DNA from: Phallusia mammillata
Taxonomy: Eukaryota
Direction: 5' to 3'
Assembly (NCBI GenBank): GCA_965637545.1
Contig: OZ281497.1
Coordinates: forward strand, 25,978,001 to 26,042,000
Length of the DNA stretch: 64,000 nt
Below, piece after piece: positions 24,201-37,704 of the stretch (the stretch's first letter is position 1; every line of letters begins with the position of its first letter). The position numbers and the translations under genes are program-made. Under the pieces are notes generated by a model that searched no databases, was not told the origin of the DNA, and saw only the letters and a program-made list of their open reading frames with translations.

Positions 24201-25479
24201 ATCCCGTGGATGATGAACTAACGTAGTTGTTTTCATTGCTAAATGTTTGTGGTTTTTTTGTTGACCGGTCCGCGATAAAATTTCAGTTTCGAAAACAGCC
24301 AATCTAAAAACAAAATTTACAGAAGAATTTTGTGCTGTCGTTATTAGCGAAAAATATGTTTATTATTTTGAATAATTACAAACTTCAAGCGTATCCTGTA
24401 TGGACTCAGATTATTCCCAGAATCTAGACCAGGTAATCATGCAAAACTTTCAAATCCATTTATGTGTTAAGACTGTTCGCGCGCATAAATCAAAATTGCT
24501 TCAGTGGCAGTGGCTTCAGTGGCAGTGGCTTTGACTTCTTTCTTTAGTCGAGCTTTCAGTTCCTCACCTAAACAAGAAAAGTTCTGTTGAACGCAAATCG
24601 CATCACGCCAGTATAAACAACGCTGTGTTATTATGTTGCAAATTCAATGAGATTAGTACTCTCTTCAGGAGCGACAGTTCTTCACCTAAGCAAAACATGA
24701 TATTAAAAGCTAATTGCATCACCACTCTGTGTACTAACCTCTGTTACACGGAAACATCTATTGAAATTTGTATTTTAAATCAAAGCAAACAAGTCCTTAC
24801 ATTTTTCATTTGTAGTATTTTGAGTTGTTTTCTGATGTTGACCTGCTGACCAACGGGCAGCTGTAGATTGGCTTGTTGCTGTCCCAGGTTGTGTTGGAGT
24901 ATGACGAATAATTTCTGGTTCCGTATCCAGTGATGATGCCGGGTGGTTGCGGCATGATTGATGTGATGCGGAAGGGGTTTTATCAAATGACTTTTGCGAG
25001 GTTTCTTTTTCCAAAACAGTGTAGGGTTGTTGGAATATTTGTTGAACCGTTTGCTGTTGTTTTGTATAATAGTTGTGTTGATGAAGTTCTACTGGTGCGT
25101 TGTACACTGGTCCAGTTGTGTGGGTGATTGTGTCACCAAACTGTGGCGCCTCTGCTTTATCCTGCAAAACATACAAATTAATACAATTAACATCAACACA
25201 AACTTGGTGTCTTTGTCTTACAATATTTATAACTTTGTTCCCTTGGTCGAATGGACACATTTGAACTGTCTGTGGCCGGGGTACAACATCCCTTGATTGT
25301 TCGGGTAGAGAAACAACTTCACCAGATTGTTGTGAACCTTGAGGCAGTCTTGTGTGAAGCTCACGGTCACCCGGTTCTTGTGTCAAGTTTGGACGGTTAC
25401 GTAAATTTTGGGCATCAGTTGGATTAGGACTTTCTTTTCGAGGTTGGTTTTCCGTGTTTTCTGACATGCTTACAAGCAT
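21250..25479 (-). pseudogene. NLR-B: NACHT-deleted NLR paralog (N-terminal exon and two LRR exons still open)
   Basis: The N-terminal exon 24801-25479 is paralogous to that of NLR-C. The NACHT exon start survives only as two stubs (from 24685 and from 24567, the latter frameshifted) before running into LRR-intron sequence. LRR exon 22726-22887 (QKSLILSDNKIG...LEKP) and terminal exon 21250-21420 (MEYLDLSRNNL...VFKL*) are intact. Confidence 0.8.
24094..24280. mobile_element. hAT-like MITE fragment
   Basis: Starts CAGTGGTCGGCAACC with ccggtccgcg subterminal repeats; the far TIR was not found. Confidence 0.45.
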
Positions 25480-27829
25480 AAAATCATTAAACTTGATAAT
25501 TGTGTGAGACTACTGTCTAACATACATGCCTGTTTGAGCCTACCGTCTAACAAATTACAGAGTAAAATTCGTCAAGACAAATATTAGCAAACAACAGAAA
25601 ATCTTACTCAGGTTCATTGTTTGAAGGTGTTCAATGTATCATTGTATTTAGATACTAATGTAACTTTTGGATACTAATGAAGGCTTGCGTATTAACACAA
25701 CAACCCCTTGCTTAAACCTATTTTAAACCTGTTACATTTGAAGACTAACAAATTGTGTCATTAATAAGTAAATAACAACAAACAAACTCACAAACCTCTC
25801 ACAAACAGCGCGAGGAATTGAAATATTGGATGGTTCAAAAATAATTTTAAGTCCGCAAAATTGTATTTTCTAGATTAATTACATTTCGATAAAAGTGCGA
25901 TAAAGTGTGTTATTCGATATTACCGACAGCTGGTTGGGCTTGGTGTACGTGATTGCCTTTAGCTTTCACAGGAAAGTTTTTGACATTCGTTTTCCACGTA
26001 AGGCAAATATTGAGAACGTTCGTCGCCCAATTAGGCAGATTATTGAAGGAAAACCACTGTAAATGCATACCACCGTTATTGCAAAAACAACTTCGCTGCA
26101 AAACTTACAACTTGGAATGACTGTAAAGTTGCATTGCGCACCGATAACCAACTTGGTGAATATTGCGCAGCAAAAAATGAAGCTTTTTGCAGTAGCGGAT
26201 TTATTTTGTCGAAGCACCTGGCTATAGTTAAGTTGTTTGTCAAACATTTTATAAAGAGTTTTTCAGTTTGAAAATAAAAGGTTTTTCCACTTTCTGACGT
26301 ATGACGCCTTAATCTGTTTTTTTATTATTTCGCAACAGTTTGTCACCCAAAGACGAAAAAAATTACGAAACAATCGGACTTTTCCTCCGGCAGGACATCA
26401 TAAAACTACACTGATTTATTGCCATATGTCGCTGTGTTAAATATTGCTGTGTTGTACCAAGCCGCTTTACACATGATTTACAATTTTTACGATAAAGTTT
26501 AACGACAAGCAAACAAGTCGCCCATTTCCAATATTTGTCGTGAGTGAGCCGACATCACTGCATTAATTTTATGCTTTAAGCTTGCTCTTAAAAGGTTCCC
26601 AATTCTCGCGACGCCGAAATCTGTTTCCCACTATTCATTGCCTTTTGTCGCAAATATTTACGAAGCAATGGAGCTTTTACACGTGTACAGGGCATAGTAA
26701 AATGACATGATTTACAGTGACATGTCGGGTTATAATGTGCTCTACTAAGTCACACACGAGCAAACAAAATGGTTCACACACGAGCAAACATTTACATTTG
26801 ATGGCAAATTTTAAGTGATCCGCACTAAAATACAAAATCGCTGCAAAATTATGAGGATTTCAAATAAAGGTAAAGTTCCGACGGACATGGTAAACAACTA
26901 TGATTTAATGTCAAATGTCGCGCTGCGTTGAATGGTACGGTGTTGTACTAAACCACTTTACGAGATCTGATTTGTAGTCACATGTCAAGCCTTAAAGTAT
27001 CCCACTAAACCAGTTCACACTCGATTCCAAAACCTGACGGTGAAGTTTAACACCAAACAAAAAGCTCGCGTATTAGTTACGACATACGGAAGGTCGCGCG
27101 AAATTTAAATGAATAAGTCTGACATCACGTTAATGCAGTGGTCGGCAAACGTTTGTTGCCGCTGCCCAATCTTTTTAGACATACTGTCATGCATACACAG
27201 CATTAAACCTTCAGTAACAAGCTTAGACGAAAAAATGATAGCTGGAGCACTAGCCTCAAAGTACAAGACGTAAATTTAGTTACACTTATTTCACGTGTAA
27301 CACGTTCCAAATATTATGCTCATCAACTGGATTTTGTTTAAAATGTCTTCACAACATGTAGTAACAAAGGCGTTTGCGCCAACCAAATCAGTACTCAATT
27401 TAACACACAACAATCAATTATTCAAAAAACAAACAAACAATTATTCTGGTTCTATGCAGCGCCTTTTTCTACACGTATTTAACTGATTACTACCCTAAAG
27501 CTAACTATACCTGCTTATATTTACACGTGGCGTAGTGTATTCCATTACAAGCGAATCCCTCACATGCCTTGAACCTGTGCATGAAAACGTTGGCCTACTT
27601 AAAAACCACATTTTGTTATAGATGTACGAAAACGCTTGCGAGGTATTAAATACACTTTGCTACAAACTGCGCGGCTACGGAATGCCTTCATCAAATCAAC
27701 AACAACAAGCTAACTCTCATACTATAAACAAAGTAATTTAGAAATCGGCTATTGTTAAAAATACCCCAGACGCCATTCTGACAAGAAAACAATATTCTGT
27801 CATAAATTATGCCTTTGAATAAACAGTAA

Positions 27830-28735
27830 ACCTGATAGCAAATTTTAATGACTTGTGACCTGCTAAACCACAGACCACAGTTACACGTATGGCAACAAAG
27901 TCAAAGAAAATGCATTGATCGTATTTGATCAACAGTTGATCTAAAAAGAAATAGTATCAATATTCAAACCTTTAAAAAACTTTTTTATCAGAAAAAATTC
28001 AAACATTGAGAGTGTTATGTAAATTTCCACTTGAAATAAAAAACTTGCTTTTTTGACTAAGCTTTGATCAAATCGACTGATGTAGTTATACGAGACACTC
28101 GCGTTGGGCGCTGATAAAACTTACACCTCGAGTCAGTTTGTGACGTACAACAATCGTCAGCAAGCAAGATAAAAAAAACGCAAGCTAAATTTTACAACTT
28201 TGCACGCATTTTAAAACACAATATCTGAAACCTTTGCCTCTAAAGGAAGTGACGACTTGAAGTAACCAGGAAGTGGCGTTATATTACACTCACTGTCCCG
28301 GATGCGCCGTGATTCGTGAGTCGTTCATGATTTCACACAAGTCGCACAATTGCGACATCAAGTGTATGATTTCTCAGCTTCCAGTAAACGGCGTTTGTAG
28401 AAAACAAAACATTTTAACATCTTGTCGCGCAAATATAATTTTAACGACAACACTATGGTGTTAAGATCGGTTCTGACCACAATTATCATTGGAATAACAA
28501 CAAACGCGTGTAGAAGAGCACACGTTACGCAATTCAGTAGAATTTTAACGTTTAACGCTGCATTGATCAAATTAAACTGCGCTTTAGTCCCGTCAAGCAG
28601 TAAAACTTGAATGCAAATGAGGTCACAACTCGTGATAGGAGATGAGGCGTCGTCACGCATCACGAAGTATGCGAAAGTAAAAACGCACTCAAGCGTTTCA
28701 GCAGCGCAAATAATTCGGTTGGTTTTGTCACAACA
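27830..28735. repeat. Segmental-duplication block upstream of NLR-B (paralog at ~60310-61192 upstream of NLR-C)
   Basis: Long colinear matches, e.g. gctgataaaac...caatcgtcagcaagcaaga...tctcagcttccagtaaacg...aaacgcgtgtagaagag...gtaaaaacgcactcaagcgt. Confidence 0.85.
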
Positions 28736-29959
28736 TTCCAAATTGCAAGCTGTAACATCATTGCTAACATCTACTTAATTGTTATTCGCGCTTGGGTAAA
28801 CAGATAAAACTTTGGTAAAAATTGACAAACAAAATACAAATCAAAGTCTAATTTAAATAAATCGCGGGACAGTTGACCACAATCTCAAAATTTTAATTCA
28901 GACTTATATCATTAAGATCAACCGCTAAAATAACGTGGGGAAAATGCACAAAAGACAGGCACCACTATAATTCATTACATGCACGAAAATTGCACACCAT
29001 ACGGCGTTCAAGCGACATCAAGCGACAGAATGCGAATAAGCTGCTACATGTGATTGGTCGTTGAACACCAAATGCCGTGAAACAAAACTGATTGCATAAA
29101 GTTACAGTTTTGAAAAATAAGAAAAAGTTATGTGACATTGTGTTTTTGTTAAAATAGACTGGTCTGCAACAGGGGTACACAACCTGCGGACACGGATACG
29201 AGCTTTGTGGCCGTGAACATGTATGCTTCAACATATGTACTGGCGGTCGTGACATAAGTAATACTTTACTTATTATATGTTGGTATTTCAAAGCTGCTCA
29301 AAACAGATTTGGGACTAAAAGAGTATTACCAGCCTAGTGGGCATAGTGTACGGCTTTTTGTACGCCTAATGTGTGCCAACAATGCGATAAAGGCACCACA
29401 TCATGCCTTACAATAAAGATGGTGATTTCATAAACAATAAAACGATCGCTAGCCCTTCAGCTCAATCTGTACATCAAGGTAATAATTAATTTTGGCTTTT
29501 TAGGCGCAATTAGATAGTATATCGAATATTTTTACTTTAGTATTTATAACAAAAACAAGAAGACACTTGGCGGCCGTTGGTGAAAAAAGTATCTGCGATG
29601 CGGCTGTTATGGCAAAAAGTTTGTGCACCCCTCGCTAGAAGAATCATGCATAAGTGCGGTTGCAGCATCAACTGCGGCCTAAAGTTTTGTTTTTTCACAT
29701 TCCTAAAGTGACTCTGTGTTAAGCTCAAATAAGTCACACATACTTTTAAGGAGATGAAAAAATTTGTCGTACGTAAGTTTGGCACTAAATCCCCAAAACA
29801 AATAGTTTTTAAATAATAAGTCGAAACTAACATGAATCCACAACATATTTTTAATTTTAGCATGTTGGTGAATGTAAACGTGTTTTGAAGTAGAGTATTA
29901 TGAGTTTTCCCACTTCTTGTTTACAGTTTCAATTAATCTAACATAATCGCCTCTGCAAA

Positions 29960-32270
29960 TCATTCTAATACACACATATCAAGTAAAAAGGACCGGATGG
30001 TCGTTCTCCAGACATAAGATGTAATGAATAACTTCGTGTTGCTCACGAGCGCCACCCTGCAGTAGTGAAGGCCGAGATTTTGCTTCCATTGGTCAGAACA
30101 ACATGACGTTTCGTGTTGTCAAAGCAAAACGTTTTAATTTTTAGCACTACTTGAATCATTTGCGATATACGACGGTACAATTTATATATAAGTCAGGTTG
30201 TTCTATTGTTGCAGTATTTTGGCAAACAGTAAATAAAAGTATAAGTTTTAAGTGAAAACAAGCTACAGTTGGACCGAAATGATTCATAAAATTTGTGCCC
30301 AAGCAGATGCCTTAATTCTCAGCTACTAAACCACATGTTATGATTACAAACTCACGCAAAACAACACGTGCACAAAGCAAAATTATCCAATGCGGCAGCG
30401 CATTTCCATGCGATAAGGCTTGCGTAAATTTTCAACTTTCACTTGCTTTTCGTGTTTTGTTTCTCTACCGTCATGTACAAATTTTCCATGTTAGTGTTTT
30501 CTTAAATAAAATTCATTTTCAGCGTATAAACTACTCTTTTTCCTGAATCACACATACACACTCTTTTCGTTTTGATTTAATAACGTTCGCTTACTGCTAC
30601 CGTTTTTGTTTTTTTCATTACGTGCACTTTTTGTTATTGTTTGCAACTTTTGTTCTACCTGCTTAAATACTGTGTTTCGTTTCTATACAATTTCGAGCCA
30701 CGCAAGAGATTTTTTATGTTTGTGTTCTTTATGCATCTGCGTGTACAAACATGTTCGTGCGTGTGTATGTGTAATTTTTTTGTGTAAGAAGGGGTAGCTG
30801 ACACGATGACCACAGAGTCTTTCGCTACCCCGCACATTCTCCTTTCATTTATTTTTTCCCGTTTTCGGTGGTCAAATATTTGTGCGAAATAAACTTACTT
30901 ACTTACTTACCTAGCATAATTAGAGGTTGTATAGAAAAATCTGAGATAATATTGAGTTTATAATAATAACCTGCCACATAAACACACATGTTGCTTTTGA
31001 AAGTAGGCCTATCTCAGTCACAAAAGGGCATGATCTTATATAAACAACACTTTTGTTTGCAATAAAATTGTATCAACAAAATAAGTGAGGTATAAGCTTT
31101 GGCTTTGGGCAAATCTGTTGTTTCTAAGCATACATAAGTTAGTTGTGGTAGAGATAAAACAGTAAACACATCTGATTGTAATTATTATGCAAAGTGCTAC
31201 AAAAGAATCATTATCTGTGTAATCTGTCACAAATTTAGTTCTTCATTAAGCATCTTGCACAATATGTTGGCCCATCATCATTCATTTAACTTTTTGCGAA
31301 ACTTTTCCACAACAAAAACAGAAAAACAATTTGCATTGATATATAACATTTATGTCAAATACAAAACCAGTGCAAAATAACCGAGTGTTTTTACCTCAAA
31401 ACAATAAAAATAAAGTCATATTATGCCAACACACAAGTATCACAGAAATATTGCCACCTTATGTCATTTGATGTGGTTAGACCCATAAAAATGCTTGATT
31501 CAACCCCAATTATTGACAAAATATGCATTTTTACACTTTTTCTATCAATTAAATATTTCTGGCTCTTTTAAATAGACAATATTTTTCAATTGAATGTATA
31601 ATTTGCCAAGCTTTAGGATTTGCCAGACTTGTGTTTCATAATTCTTGTGCCAAAAAAAAAAAAACAATTTACACAAAATAGTCATATACATTTAACAGTA
31701 ATTGTCTGGAACATAATTTTTGGTTAAATAAACAATAAAGATATCTGAGATTAAAACCACATATCAAGATTTGCAAGGTTATGGTGTTCACTATTTTGTT
31801 TGTTATTAATCCAGATAGGGAGAAAACATAATTGTTAAAAAATATCATATGTTTATCCATTTACCTTCATAATGATGAATTTTTTTCCATCCATACTGTA
31901 CAAGAGGACACAAAAACTGTACACTGAACACAAATATATTCCTTCCAATACATGATGTGACGTTTCACTGAAAAAATGCCAAACAAATTTGTTTGCAATA
32001 TATTTATGAAAGCACCACACTAAACAATCACAGTATTAACAAAGTCACATGTAAACAAAGATTTATGTGGTTAAATAAACCTCTAAATAAAATTGCCAAT
32101 GATAAAAAAGCAGTATTGGATGTAAATATAAAAATCAGCTGATATGTGAACAGGTTGTTCTTATAAGCTTGGTGATCAATATATTATGCTAAACAGACAT
32201 TTTCAAATTTGGCATTGAAAGTCAAACTGAACAAAAATCTGGAAGTGAGGATACAAAATCAACAAAATGG
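29960..32270. repeat. Segmental-duplication block paralogous to ~17240-18510
   Basis: Shared strings such as tcattctaatacacacata, ttgctcacgagcgccacc, gtcagaacaacatgacgtttcgtg, tctgattgtaatt, aatataacatttatg and tggaagtgagga. Confidence 0.75.
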
Positions 32271-32286
32271 TCCGTGCTGTAACAGA

Positions 32287-32527
32287 ACAGTTCAGACTTT
32301 TCTCAGATTTGTGTGGTGTTACAGTTCAGACTTTTCTCAGATTTGTGTGGTGTTACAGTTCAGACTTTTCTCAGATTTGTGTGGTGTTACAGTTCAGACT
32401 TTTCTCAGATTTGTGTGGTGTTACAGTTCAGACTTTTCTCAGATTTGTGTGGTGTTACAGTTCAGACTTTTCTCAGATTTGTGTGGTGTTACAGTTCAGA
32501 CTTTTCTCAGATTTGTGTGGTGTTACA
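32287..32527 (+). repeat. 34-bp minisatellite, 7 perfect copies
   Basis: Unit acagttcagacttttctcagatttgtgtggtgtt at 32287, 32321, 32355, 32389, 32423, 32457 and 32491. Confidence 0.97.
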
Positions 32528-32612
32528 TAAACAAGAGACTGCATTGCATGATGAACTGCCTAATACAGTAAAACCTTTATAGAGGTGGTTTATAGAGCTT
32601 TTCTGTCAAATG

Positions 32613-33228
32613 TATTTTATTCCGACGTTTCGACGTCCTATACAGGTCGTCTTCATCAGGGTAAATAACACTGAATGCGATTAGTACAGTGCACGATAAA
32701 CAAAGGAAAAAAGAATGGAACGCAAGCACGTCACAACGCAACGAAAACACCGCGCGATAACAAATGATTGGGCCTCTAATCTTTTAGCAGGTGCCTGTAG
32801 CACGCTGGAAGCATCACGTCTGTTTTGATGTTCATTGTGTTGCCCCGTTGGTGAATATTCCATGACTCAAGAAATAGTATTTTCCTGTAGTCAGGCTCCC
32901 GGGCCACAACAGACGCCGCATTGAAATCAATACGATGGCCTTGCGATACCGCGTGATTGGAAAGGGCCGCCTTCTTCGAGTCGCTGTTGGCAACATCCCG
33001 TTGATGTTCTTTTCGGCGGGTGTTGAGTGACCTTCCAGTCCCCCCGATTTATATTAACGGACACTCGAATAGAATATACAACACCACGTCGTTCACAGGT
33101 GCTGACTGGATCTTTCGCGTGACTTGAGGAAAAAGCCTCATCAACATTTGCCAACCCACCAAGATTGTGGCGATGACGACATTTTTTGTGTCATTGCTAA
33201 GAACAAGGTTGAGGCATTTCTACGGAAC
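32613..33228 (-). mobile_element. Penelope-like element: 3' end (GIY-YIG remnant plus pLTR) joined to an inverted RT fragment
   Basis: Minus strand encodes RRGVVYSI.../GETGRSLNTRRKEH-like GIY-YIG remnants; ~33126-33228 is a plus-strand RT piece matching 19150-19253. Confidence 0.85.
32617..32668 (-). ncRNA. Minimal type I hammerhead ribozyme (Penelope pLTR)
   Basis: Exact reverse complement of the motif at 42797-42848. Confidence 0.85.
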
Positions 33229-34119
33229 TATTGCGTATAACTGAAAAACCATTTAACCGTTCCAGGCCAAATTCGGCATGATTTTTGCAGAGGTTGATAT
33301 TAAACATCCATTAGATTTTGAGAACGTTTGCAAGTTTTGTTTTTGTAGGATAACAGTTTAAAAAAATTAAAACTTGGGCCTTAATACAAACCTATGCTGT
33401 TAATAAAGTCCAACATTTTCATGTTTTTAAAAAAAATCTAGAAACCAATCAGACTCTTTTATACTTTGCTTCGGTCAAATAAAAGTTTAAACACGCAACG
33501 TTATTAACTCATATTACACATATACTGTTAACTAAGACATATAACTGTTAATCTGAAGGTACTAAAAAAACATAAACGACCCCTTAACATTTGTTAAACA
33601 AAAATACTAAATGAAAGATTACTTCTACAAACATCTTATTTGGACTTTTTATCTCCCTTAGAAATCTATAAGGCAAATTTTATGCATATTAGTCGCCTTT
33701 AGTATAAAAGACACTTGAGAAAATGACAAATTATTGTTGGGCCTTATTGCAAGCAATGGCTGACAAACAAAACCGTAATAAAATTTATTTGAAGTAATTC
33801 TTTTTTCCAGATTGGATAATGATCCAATTAAACTAAAATGACCCCATTACTATTATATCTTAATATGTTTTCATTTCGACAACACAACCTTTTCAGTTTT
33901 GTTACCAATTTTAACAAAAAATAATAAAAAGTTGAAAATAAACACTTCTTAATTTGGATTGGTCATGATAACAATTACATATAACTTGCAGGTCCAAAAC
34001 TTTGTAAATCATTTTAAGTACATATATATTTTAAAATTACATCAAAACGAAAGCATTTTTTCTGGCACATAAAAATATATGAGCAGTCGGCCTTATTACC
34101 TTCCGGGCTTATATACTTA

Positions 34120-36075
34120 ATTGTGTTCTAGCCAAGTGCTGCACTATTATCATATCCTACCAAGGAATGCTAGTGAAAAACAAATCATGAAAATGCTTTT
34201 TAGTTTTAAATGGTATGTGGCTCACTTTATTTTGTAATCCACAAAAAACATTAAACCGGTTTCCAAATTTTGATGTTTGTGTGACCGTCTTGAATTGTTG
34301 CAGCCAACCGTTATTTTTTTAATCGGTTTCTGTGAAAATACATCAATCATACTTATTGAAATCACTTAACAATTGTTATATTTAGATGGCATTTCTTGAT
34401 CTGTCTTCGAACAACCTGACGGATGAAAGTGCTGAGTCATTGGCTCTATGTGTTCACAATATCAGTGCTTTGTGGGTTTGGAATAACAAGTTCACAAAAG
34501 CGGGAATGAATCTCATCAGATCAAAGTCGCGAGGAAGAAGTTGAAGTCTAAATGCATAGTAAAAACTTTAATGTTAAACAAATTCAAACATCAACAATTT
34601 AATATTGCGCTTATAACCATCTCTGATTCTTGTGCGTGACAGATATGAGTGCCGCACTCGGGTGTGCAAAAAATGACGCTTCAACACAAAAATAATATTA
34701 CTTTAGTCCAAAAGTCGCACAAAATTCACAATATGGGTAATACAGTGCTACAATATTTTTGTTGGCATAAAAGTTTTTTAAAAGCATTAAATCATATTTG
34801 TTACAAAACAGTTTTTACTTTAGTGTATCAGTATATCCGTCTATATTGTTTTATTTACACGTACGGTCTCGCAGTTCTTGCACACAACTTCATAGTACCA
34901 CAAGTCTGCTTATCTAGCGCCCCCCCACTGGTGACATTATTGGTCAGTGAGTTGGCTTTGACGTCATCTCATTTTCCGATTGCTATTTGATAAAATCGTC
35001 ACAGAGCCGATTTTTATTCGAGTTCCTACTTGGTCTGACCAATTTGAGATTTATTTTTTTCTTTTTCAGCACATTCTGGCGATCTTATTGTGACTCATGT
35101 ATTGTGACTTGTATTTATTAAACGAATCTCCGAATATAAAACTTAGTTAAATTATGTAAATATTTTTCTGTGCTTGTATGTTTTTGATAATTATTATCAC
35201 TTGTTGAAAACTGAAATGCTGTAAATCTATTTTATTTCAAAGTTCCACTAAATACGTTGCTGTGTTTTTGATTGCTGTGAATTGGTTTTAAACTTGAGCT
35301 GAGCGATGAATCAATCTACGTATACTGTTTAAAATTGTACTTACTTCTTGGTACCTTTTTGACACATTCGTTTTGATGTTGGCCTTTTTACTATTGCAGA
35401 GTCAAAATTTTATGTCTTAGCATCGAATATACACAGTAATGTTACGCACATGTGGCTGTTTTTCTGAACCCATGTTTTGCTCCTCTGTGATCCTTTTGGA
35501 AGTAATATTGTTAGGAAAGAGGTATCTATAGATAAGAAGGAACTCTAATGTTATTGGAATTACAAAACCTTTAAAGCCATAACCGTCAACATTTTGTAAA
35601 GTTTCTTACGTTTTATAAATAGACTGTGTGTTTTAGAGAAGTCCAGCACAAACGGCTATCGTTTTCGTTGCCACTTTTCACGTAATCATCTGAGTGTATT
35701 TGTGCTGCTCTCATCTTGTTTCACTCTCGACCGACACCACCCGAATTTAATAAAGTCGTTTTTTTCCAATTTCTCCTTACACGTGCCGACTGTATGTTTC
35801 GCAACCTTTGACGGACTTTGTTTTTTAACGTGGTTGAAAGCAATAGTTTGTTGTCATTTAGCCTAAATAAATCAAATGTGCTCAAATTTTGGGACTTACA
35901 GTCAAAATCTATTCGATTTGGTCACTTACTTTATGGTAAATCAGTTTTGTTGAAGTCTTTGTCTCATTTGACCACACCGACAGTTGCAAACTCAAATGAT
36001 CTTAACCATAAGTGGAAGTGGTCTCACGTAATCATTTGATTTACAATCGGTTAGCCTACTGGTTATTGATATAAC
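34120..36075 (+). repeat. Left arm of ~1.9 kb inverted duplication
   Basis: Reverse complement of 38018-39916; the ORF translations of 35818-36039(+) and 38055-38276(-) differ at only 2 of 73 residues. Confidence 0.95.
34386..34544 (+). pseudogene. Orphan inverted copy of the NLR terminal LRR exon
   Basis: tttag|ATG GCA TTT CTT GAT CTG... reads MAFLDLSSNNLTDESAESLALCVHNISALWVWNNKFTKAGMNLIRSKSRGRS*. No upstream plus-strand NLR exons were found. Confidence 0.8.
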
Positions 36076-36505
36076 TCACTTATACGTTATACCTGTGCTT
36101 TTGTGATTAATGGGTTCTGGGTTGCTTTTGTAAAAACATTGGTGGTGCAGCGTATGTTACAACGTGAGCTGTCTTTGAATTTATGTCACTAGGTCGAAAA
36201 AACATAGAGACACAATATCAGCTTCCATCAGTTTGTATGAAACAGCGCTGTATTATTAGTTTGTGAGTGGAAGCGGATGGTGATCTGTTGTGAGTGAAAG
36301 CAAGATAAATGAACTATTACTAGATTTGCGTAATTCGGTGAACATTCGAAACGAAACAAGCAGGATCATTACGGTGACGCTCGTAATAAAAAACATGTAC
36401 TCTGTACAATTGTTATCAAATAAAATTTGAATCATAGAAGAATATATAAAAATTCGTTTTCTCAAGCAAATTCATTGATTGTGACTTTGTGAAAATAATC
36501 ACGTT

Positions 36506-36517
36506 GGGGACTTTCCC
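36506..36517 (+). promoter_or_regulatory. NF-kB consensus site
   Basis: GGGGACTTTCCC (the canonical Ig-kappa kB sequence); flanks are homologous to 18950-19010 in inverted orientation. Confidence 0.5.
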
Positions 36518-36825
36518 ACCGAAGTTCTTAAAAAATGAGCGAACCAGCTGACCAAACGCAATAACTTCCTAACCCTATGACGTAAACTAACGATATTGAT
36601 ATCCAAGAACAGTTTTCGTTAACGGCACAAGAATTGATTTTTTTTATCCAGTATACCTTCCATTATCCAGTACATCTTCCAAAAATACAAGAACCCTGTA
36701 GAGCAATGAAGCGTCAGTCAACAAGGTAAGTGCTGTTTGCTTTATAAACTTTAAAGATTTACAAATACTTTTAGTGTCTGCATCTATATATGGCCACAGT
36801 ATCCATTTTTCCCCACCATGTAGAC

Positions 36826-37704
36826 CAGTGGTTCCCAACCTTTTTGACCTTGTGGCACCCTATCAAAGAGATAAATAGTTTGCGGCACCCTGGCAAAACT
36901 GGATCAATTTTATGAGGTTTCTGTATTTCAAATAACTGTATGAAATAACACAGGATGAGTTGTACAGTACAGCGCGCGTAAATAAATGTATTTATTAAAA
37001 AGTCAGTGTGAAATTTGGACTTGGCTTCTTGCACCAAGTCCTTAAATATCTTTTTTTTAGTTATTTTGTCCTTGGTGTATTTTTTTTCAATACAAACGTA
37101 TCATTTTTTTGACGCAAGTAGAAGCCACTGTACATATGCTTTCAAACGCACCCCAGTTGGGATTAAAATTGGTACCAGTTTGTATTCTATCGCGATTCAC
37201 AATTGACCATGTCTTTGGATCAGCGGCAGTTAAAGGATTAATTATAACATAGCCTTTTTTCGATTTTTCGACATGCATCATGCCTTTCGCTGTGCATCGT
37301 ATCCCCGTGCAAAAGTTTCCAACAATGTTACTATGATGAAAGCGAAACGCCTTCTAGTGTTAAATGAAAAAGGAGTGCTTAGCAAATTATTACTGCTGGT
37401 ATTGGCAGTCGGGACGGTTTGCAGCGCAGTTTATAAAATGTCCGGTAATTACGAAGTTAATCTCCCCCCACCACTTTGTGAACCGTGAAACGCAAAACAA
37501 AAACATGGAATCGGCAATTACGATGCGTTTCAAACTTTTCGAAACTTAATACGCACTGAAACTCGGTTAGAAATACATAAATTCCGCACTTGTTCAAGTT
37601 AAAGGAAATAATGCCGCATTATTACAATATCAATATCTCGCGGCACCCTTGAGTATTGCAATTGGCACCCCAGGGTGCCGCGGCACCCCGGTTGGGAACC
37701 ACTG
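36826..37704. mobile_element. Non-autonomous hAT (Charlie-like) transposon, 879 bp
   Basis: 15-bp TIRs CAGTGGTTCCCAACC / GGTTGGGAACCACTG, perfect 8-bp TSD ATGTAGAC, subterminal (c)ggcaccc repeats. Confidence 0.95.

Noticed and set aside
28358-28741. 127-aa ORF similar to ORF 60963-61193
   Set aside because: The similarity is DNA-level paralogy; the frame is not conserved and no domain is recognisable.
32209-32582. Overlapping repetitive ORFs and a CRISPR-like appearance
   Set aside because: Head-to-tail 34-bp units with no spacers, in a eukaryotic context; the ORFs are artefacts of a stop-free unit.
35818-36039. Near-identical 73-aa ORFs at 35818(+) and 38055(-)
   Set aside because: A consequence of the inverted duplication; non-ATG start and no coding signature.
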